64,000 nucleotides of DNA from Escherichia phage phiP4. This document shows positions 59,868 through 64,000 of this stretch, piece after piece; the first letter of the stretch is position 1; the number at the start of each line of letters is the position of its first letter. Location of the stretch: the sequence record PP993145.1; one strand, given 5' to 3'. Under the pieces are notes generated by a model. That model was given only the letters and a program-made list of their open reading frames with translations. It did not search any database and was not told the origin of the DNA. The position numbers were made by a program, and so were the translations under genes.

Positions 59868-59945
59868 TGGTGGCTCCCCGAGGATTCGAACCTACGTACC
59901 TTCCGGTTATGAGCCGGGTGCTCATACCATATGAGCTTGAGAACC
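59868..59945 (-). tRNA. tRNA with CAT anticodon (Met-type), weak T stem
   Basis: Acceptor GGTTCTC/GGGAGCC, A73, CCA. Anticodon arm CCCGG-CTCATAA-CCGGA. The T stem has two mismatches, so it is possibly impaired. Confidence 0.55.
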
Positions 59946-59951
59946 AAAATC

Positions 59952-60040
59952 TGGCGGAAGAAGTGGGAATCGAACCCACAAGGCTATATTTCAAGCCGAC
60001 AGATTAGCAATCTGCTGCAATACCGTTATGCTATTCTTCC
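59952..60040 (-). tRNA. tRNA-Ser (GCT)
   Basis: Acceptor GGAAGAA/TTCTTCC, G73, CCA. Anticodon arm GCAGA-TTGCTAA-TCTGT, with a long variable arm. Confidence 0.8.
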
Positions 60041-60055
60041 GAATTTATAAGATAT

Positions 60056-60084
60056 ATTATATTAGAAATTTAGCTTCATAGCAA
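60056..60084 (-). promoter_or_regulatory. T5 early-type promoter (-35 TTGCTA, 17 bp, -10 TATAAT) driving the Ser/Met tRNAs
   Basis: The plus strand reads attata-N17-tagcaa. It overlaps the 3' end of the Toprim gene. Confidence 0.6.
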
Positions 60085-60580
60085 GAAAATTTTTCAAGTT
60101 TTCGGTAGACATCTCATCCACATCTACAGGAGAAACAAAGCCGTTTAATTTTCTAGCAAATTTTTCACCTGCAGGGTCATTATCCCCGACAGCTACCAAT
60201 TTAAAAGGTAATAATTTCAGTTGCTTTAATAACGCTTTTCCTGGAGAAGAACCCAACATTGCCAGGGCTGGATAACCAGCGTTATGTAACGCAACTGCCT
60301 TAAATACAGATTCAGCAATCAATACTACTTTTTCATCTCCATTGAGAGTTTCTAGTCCCCATACACACTGGATAGTAGAATAAGTAAAATATTTAGCTTC
60401 AAATGGGCACTTACCATGACCTTTTGGAGCAGAAGGATTATACGTCTGATAGCCTCTCAACATCCCAGAGAAGTCATACAACGGGACTGTTAGCCATCCT
60501 TCCGGACTTAACCAGCAATGATATTTATCTGTATCAAATCCTCTAGATAAGAGGTGCTGTGTTAGCTCATCAACATTCAT
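60062..60580 (-). CDS. Small Toprim-domain protein (172 aa from SD-preceded ATG 60580)
   Basis: Toprim signature: a conserved Glu (VLIAESVF) and DxD (VGDNDPAGEKFA). SD GAGAGAGGAACCAAATATG. It is embedded in the tRNA cluster. Confidence 0.6.
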   Translation of the reverse strand: MNVDELTQHLLSRGFDTDKYHCWLSPEGWLTVPLYDFSGMLRGYQTYNPSAPKGHGKCPFEAKYFTYSTIQCVWGLETLNGDEKVVLIAESVFKAVALHNAGYPALAMLGSSPGKALLKQLKLLPFKLVAVGDNDPAGEKFARKLNGFVSPVDVDEMSTENLKNFLAMKLNF

Positions 60581-60610
60581 ATTTGGTTCCTCTCTCAAAT
60601 TTATAGATAT

Positions 60611-60639
60611 ATTATACAGAGAATTTAGCATTCAAGCAA
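60611..60639 (-). promoter_or_regulatory. T5 early-type promoter (-35 TTGCTT, 17 bp, -10 TATAAT)
   Basis: The plus strand reads attata-N17-aagcaa. Confidence 0.65.
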
Positions 60640-60755
60640 TCAAATTTTTTAACTTTTTAGAGGAAAATCATATGGCACTTAAGGGTAGCAGATAAGTGGT
60701 GAGGACCAAAATTTGTGACCCCACTAAAAATCCGGGGGTAATTTTTAAAGACCCC

Positions 60756-60784
60756 TTGACATTTTCTCGGGGGTAGTGTAAAGT
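60756..60784 (+). promoter_or_regulatory. Plus-strand sigma70 promoter (-35 TTGACA, 17 bp, -10 TAAAGT) for the 60847-62463 operon
   Basis: ccccTTGACAttttctcgggggtagtgTAAAGTatacg, with an A/T-rich tract upstream. Confidence 0.45.
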
Positions 60785-60846
60785 ATACGTTATGGATGAG
60801 TGATCAAAGAGACACACATTTTCTATATACTAGGAGGTGTCAAAAA

Positions 60847-61833
60847 ATGACAGAAGAAGTAGCTAAGAGTCCTGAGACCGTCGCTAGCGTTGCAGCAGAA
60901 CTGCACCGTCACGAGGAATCGGATAAGAAAAAGTGGGAGAAGGTCAGAGCCTACGAAGAGAAACATCGCGAACACGACGATGAAGAAGATGACGATGATG
61001 AACATTGTCATAAATATGGAAAACATAAAATGCAAGAACCAGTAAACGTATTCACTAGTGGCTTCCCTGGCCTACTGGGTGGTTACCCAGCAAACGCAGG
61101 TGCTTTCGGTGGTGAAGGTATGGGACTATTCGGAGCTATCCTAATCGGTGCTCTATTAACAGGCGGATTCGGTGGTTTCGGTGGATTCGGTGGACGTGGT
61201 GTAGTTGGTGATGGTACCGCAGTTGATGCAGTACTTCAGAACCAAGATACCGCTAGTATTCTAGCAGCTATTAACACTACTCGTACAGAAGCTAACCAGG
61301 GTACTGGAGCTGTTTTAAGCGCAGTTAACAATGGTTTTAGCCAGACATCCCAAAACCAGAGCCGTGATACTCAGTCTGTACTAACTACGATCTATGGTAC
61401 AGGTGCTAATCTGTCTAATCAGATCTGCCAGGAAACTCGCAACGTTATTCAGGGTCAGTTCGATCTTTCTCGCCAGATTGATCAATCTTTCGCAGCTAAC
61501 CAGATAGCTCGTGCACAAGATAAGTTTGATTCTGCACAGATCGCTTTCCAGCAGACTTTACAAACTAATAACCAGTTTGCCGCTGTTCAGGCTCAGATGT
61601 GTGCTAACCAGAACTCTCTGGAACGTCAGATCGCTGAATGTTGCTGTGAACTTCAGACTGCGATCGCTGGTGTAACTACTGCGCGTATCCAGGATGAGTT
61701 AGACGCATGTCGCCTACGTGAAGCAATCGCTGCTGGTAGCGGTGCTAACGGTCAGGTAATTAATCAAATCGCTTTAAGTCTTGGTGCTATCACTCAGACT
61801 CTGGCTGGTCTGCAGGCTAAACTGCCGGCTTAA
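60847..61833 (+). CDS. Low-complexity protein: acidic/His-rich N-terminus, Gly-zipper hydrophobic segment, Gln/Asn/Ser/Thr/Ala-rich C-terminal 200 aa (328 aa from SD-preceded ATG 60847)
   Basis: AGGAGGTGTCAAAAAATG context. Segments EEKHREHDDEEDDDDEHCHKYGKH, GLFGAILIGALLTGGFGGFGGFGG, then repetitive Q/N-rich helices with an ECCCE motif. Opposite strand to all neighbours. Confidence 0.65.
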   Translation: MTEEVAKSPETVASVAAELHRHEESDKKKWEKVRAYEEKHREHDDEEDDDDEHCHKYGKHKMQEPVNVFTSGFPGLLGGYPANAGAFGGEGMGLFGAILIGALLTGGFGGFGGFGGRGVVGDGTAVDAVLQNQDTASILAAINTTRTEANQGTGAVLSAVNNGFSQTSQNQSRDTQSVLTTIYGTGANLSNQICQETRNVIQGQFDLSRQIDQSFAANQIARAQDKFDSAQIAFQQTLQTNNQFAAVQAQMCANQNSLERQIAECCCELQTAIAGVTTARIQDELDACRLREAIAAGSGANGQVINQIALSLGAITQTLAGLQAKLPA

Positions 61834-61854
61834 TATTAAGGGGAGGAGCCCATT

Positions 61855-62259
61855 ATGAGTAAATATGGTTTTGTAAATAACGGACTTAATCAAAGTATGG
61901 GCTCCCAGCAGCCCATGCCGGGTCTGGATAACCCCTACTTACAACAGTTGCAACAGCGTTTAGCAGAAGCGCAACAGATGCAGCAACAACTCCAGCAAAA
62001 CCCTGGAAGTGTGAGTCCTATGCAAATGATGCAGCAAATGAGCGGGCAGTCGCAAATGCCTCAACAAATGCAGCAACAGGTGCCGCAGCAGCAAACCCAA
62101 CAACCGCAGGTTTCTGCGGAAGGACAGGCAGTACTAGCCCTTTTCGAAGACTTCGCAAAGACAGAGGATGGGAAACAGCTTGTATCACTTATGGGTAAGT
62201 TTAATAGCTTCTGCCAAAGCCAAGTTGCAAAAGCTCAAAATGGTGGTAATAACTCCTAA
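61855..62259 (+). CDS. Gln-rich (prion-like composition) protein (134 aa)
   Basis: SD GGGGAGGAGCCCATTATG. QQLQQRLAEAQQMQQQLQQNPG...QMPQQMQQQVPQQQTQQPQ. Confidence 0.6.
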   Translation: MSKYGFVNNGLNQSMGSQQPMPGLDNPYLQQLQQRLAEAQQMQQQLQQNPGSVSPMQMMQQMSGQSQMPQQMQQQVPQQQTQQPQVSAEGQAVLALFEDFAKTEDGKQLVSLMGKFNSFCQSQVAKAQNGGNNS

Positions 62260-62268
62260 GGAGGAATT

Positions 62269-62463
62269 ATGTGTTGCAGAAAATCTGTTTCGTGCTGCCC
62301 AATGCCTGTAACACGTTGTTGCTCTCCAGCAATGTTTACGCAAATACCGGCGTTCAATCCGTTTGCCTTTAAACCTATTCTTATCCTGCCCCCTAGAGTA
62401 GATTTTCAGTCAAGATTGGCCTCCCGTATGGGTGGTTGCTGTACACCGAGAGTGTGGTTCTAA
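62269..62463 (+). CDS. Cys-pair-rich small protein (64 aa)
   Basis: SD AAGGAGGAATTATG. MCCRKSVSCCPMPVTRCCSP...GGCCTPRVWF has four CC doublets. Confidence 0.55.
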   Translation: MCCRKSVSCCPMPVTRCCSPAMFTQIPAFNPFAFKPILILPPRVDFQSRLASRMGGCCTPRVWF

Positions 62464-62476
62464 ACCAAAAAACAAA

Positions 62477-62510
62477 AGCCCCTGCCGAAAGGTAAGGGGC
62501 TTTTTCTTTT
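62477..62510 (+). terminator. Rho-independent terminator of the plus-strand operon
   Basis: GCCCCT-GCCGAAAGGTA-AGGGGC followed by TTTTTCTTTT. Confidence 0.75.
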
Positions 62511-62520
62511 GCCTTAAATA

Positions 62521-62555
62521 CAGAAAAGCCCGCGCTCTCGGAGGAAACGCGGGCT
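62521..62555 (-). terminator. Rho-independent terminator of the SPFH gene
   Basis: Minus strand AGCCCGCG-TTTCCTCCGAGA-GCGCGGGCT followed by TTTCTG. Confidence 0.65.
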
Positions 62556-62579
62556 TGGTTCGAAGATTACGTGTAACTA

Positions 62580-63527
62580 TTACTTGTTACGCATATCCAT
62601 GATCATTTGACCATCGTAGCCAGTACCTACCACAGTCTGAGGCACACCACCTTGATACTTCTGAGCACGAATCATTTCAACTTCCAGTTGCTTCCAGCGA
62701 ATCATCTCAGGAGTAATGGTACGTTGCAATGCGGCGTTAGCTTCAGCTTCTTTTTTAGCTGCGTACAGTTTAGCATCTGCGTCACGTTCGTTAGCAATAG
62801 CCTGGTTATTACGGGCTTCACGGTCTGCTTCTGCCTGTTTAACTTTTTGCTGTGCTTCTTGTTCAACACGAGCCAACTCAGCTTTTGCAGCATTAACTTG
62901 CTCTTCACGAACTTTGGTATTCTGTACCTGTTCCATGATTACTGGTGGCAGAGTAATATCCTGAAGGAATACCTGCTTAACTGTGTAACCATATGGGCGT
63001 GCATACTCTTCAACTTCTTGTTGAATTGCAGTTTGCAATTGAGCCTGAATTTTAGCATCAAACAAATCTTGTGCTTTAGGTACAGACTTACCAAACTCAC
63101 GAATAGTAGACAGTAATTTTTCAGTTACATATTTGTCTAACGCTTGATCCTGAGTACCCGCATTAATACGGTTAATCGGTGCCTTAGAACCATCAAACTG
63201 CAACATAACAGTCAGGTCAACAGTGGATTTAAACTTATCCTGGCTAGGAACCTGAAGTTTATCTAATTTTACAGCAATATCTTTTGTACTAAAAGTATCG
63301 AAAGATGCAAATGGGTTTACAAGATGGAAACCCGGTAATACTGGGTTAGGATCTACTTTACCCAGAAATGTTTGGGTTTTAACCGTACCATCAGAAACAA
63401 TAGTATATGAATTAAAGGCTAGAATCAAGCCTGCTAAACCAACTACAGCACCAATACCCCAACGTTTAATAGTACGAATTACTTTCTGCTCAGAAGTCAG
63501 TTCTTTCATATTTTTAGTATTAAACAT
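62580..63527 (-). CDS. SPFH/band-7 (prohibitin/HflC-like) membrane protein (315 aa)
   Basis: N-terminal TM segment (WGIGAVVGLAGLILAF), an SPFH-like core, and a long Ala/Glu/Gln/Lys coiled coil (EQVNAAKAELARVEQEAQQKVKQAEADREARNNQAIA...). Confidence 0.7.
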   Translation of the reverse strand: MFNTKNMKELTSEQKVIRTIKRWGIGAVVGLAGLILAFNSYTIVSDGTVKTQTFLGKVDPNPVLPGFHLVNPFASFDTFSTKDIAVKLDKLQVPSQDKFKSTVDLTVMLQFDGSKAPINRINAGTQDQALDKYVTEKLLSTIREFGKSVPKAQDLFDAKIQAQLQTAIQQEVEEYARPYGYTVKQVFLQDITLPPVIMEQVQNTKVREEQVNAAKAELARVEQEAQQKVKQAEADREARNNQAIANERDADAKLYAAKKEAEANAALQRTITPEMIRWKQLEVEMIRAQKYQGGVPQTVVGTGYDGQMIMDMRNK

Positions 63528-63561
63528 ATATTTCCTTTGTTTTAGTTACAGTTAATAAAAT

Positions 63562-63636
63562 TGGCCGAGGTGACAGGATTCGAACCTGCATAAAGGAATT
63601 TAGAAGACTCCTGCCTCTCCCTTAGACTACACCCCG
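63562..63636 (-). tRNA. tRNA-Arg (TCT)
   Basis: Acceptor CGGGGTG/CACCTCG, G73, CCA. Anticodon arm GGAGT-CTTCTAA-ATTCC, T arm with TTCGAAT. Confidence 0.75.
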
Positions 63637-64000
63637 TTTAAGTATTTTTAAGAACTCTCGTAAAAACTCTTAAAAATACAGACGATACCGGGAGAGTCAT
63701 AAGTCTCACTCATTAAGTATTTCAAGACAAAATACAGTAACGTCTATTATTTTCCAGTTTAAGTCAAGGTGACTTAGTGGTTATGTCCTGCGGTATATTG
63801 AGGACTCGGTTAGGCTTGGGGTCATGACTTCCCGCCTTTTGCTGCTACTCAACAGGAGTTATCGCGAATTACCTGTGCTATTGTGCACCATTAGTGACAT
63901 CTCTCATGTCAGCATTTCCCACTTTGTGGATAGCTTGAAAAACTACTCCGATATGGAGAAAGAACTTCACTATCCTAGAATACCTTCTAAAGTTCTTCTT

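Noticed and set aside
62607-63116. Plus-strand ORFs 62607..63116 and 62716..62964 and minus alternate frame 62702..62908
   Set aside because: They are nested antisense or off-frame within the SPFH gene, whose own frame has clear domain-like sequence.

Overview
This window reads as a T5-like siphophage genome (Demerecviridae, enterobacterial host). Almost every gene is on the minus strand. It has three blocks. (1) 1-24.6 kb is the late structural and packaging module in T5 order: ltf (partial), p132, pb4, pb3, pb9, pb2, chaperones, p140, pb6, p142-p144, pb8, pb11, pb10, pb7, HNH, TerL, TerS, the pb5 receptor-binding protein and the divergent llp lipoprotein. (2) About 24.65-35.3 kb is a visibly more G+C-rich block (not computed). 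It carries the T5 pre-early genes dmp, A1 and A2, many tiny membrane ORFs, and about 2.5 kb of ORF-free repeat DNA with DnaA boxes, Fur-box-like palindromes and iterons. I interpret it as a single collapsed copy of the ~10 kb terminal repeat, meaning the assembly was circularised. (3) 35.4-64 kb is the early region. It contains about 16 near-identical sigma70-type early promoters, phosphatases, thioredoxin, endolysin, holin, a ClpP-like protease, dNMP kinase, spanins, a GrcA-like protein and many small ORFs. It also holds a cluster of 25 minus-strand tRNA genes interleaved with larger stem-closed tRNA-like elements. The most unusual items: (a) Fur-box-like arrays with DnaA boxes and a GTGCAAATCCGAC iteron array in the non-coding arms; (b) tRNA architecture swaps (Thr- and Asn-anticodon tRNAs with long variable arms, both Leu-anticodon tRNAs with short ones) plus a family of 100-180 nt helix-closed RNAs in the tRNA cluster; (c) a lone plus-strand, strongly ribosome-binding, low-complexity three-gene operon (Gly-zipper/Gln-rich, poly-Gln, Cys-pair peptide) convergent with an SPFH protein. 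All homology statements rest on my recollection of T5 proteins and motifs. No searches were run, and tRNA and repeat coordinates were hand-derived (probably +/-2 nt).
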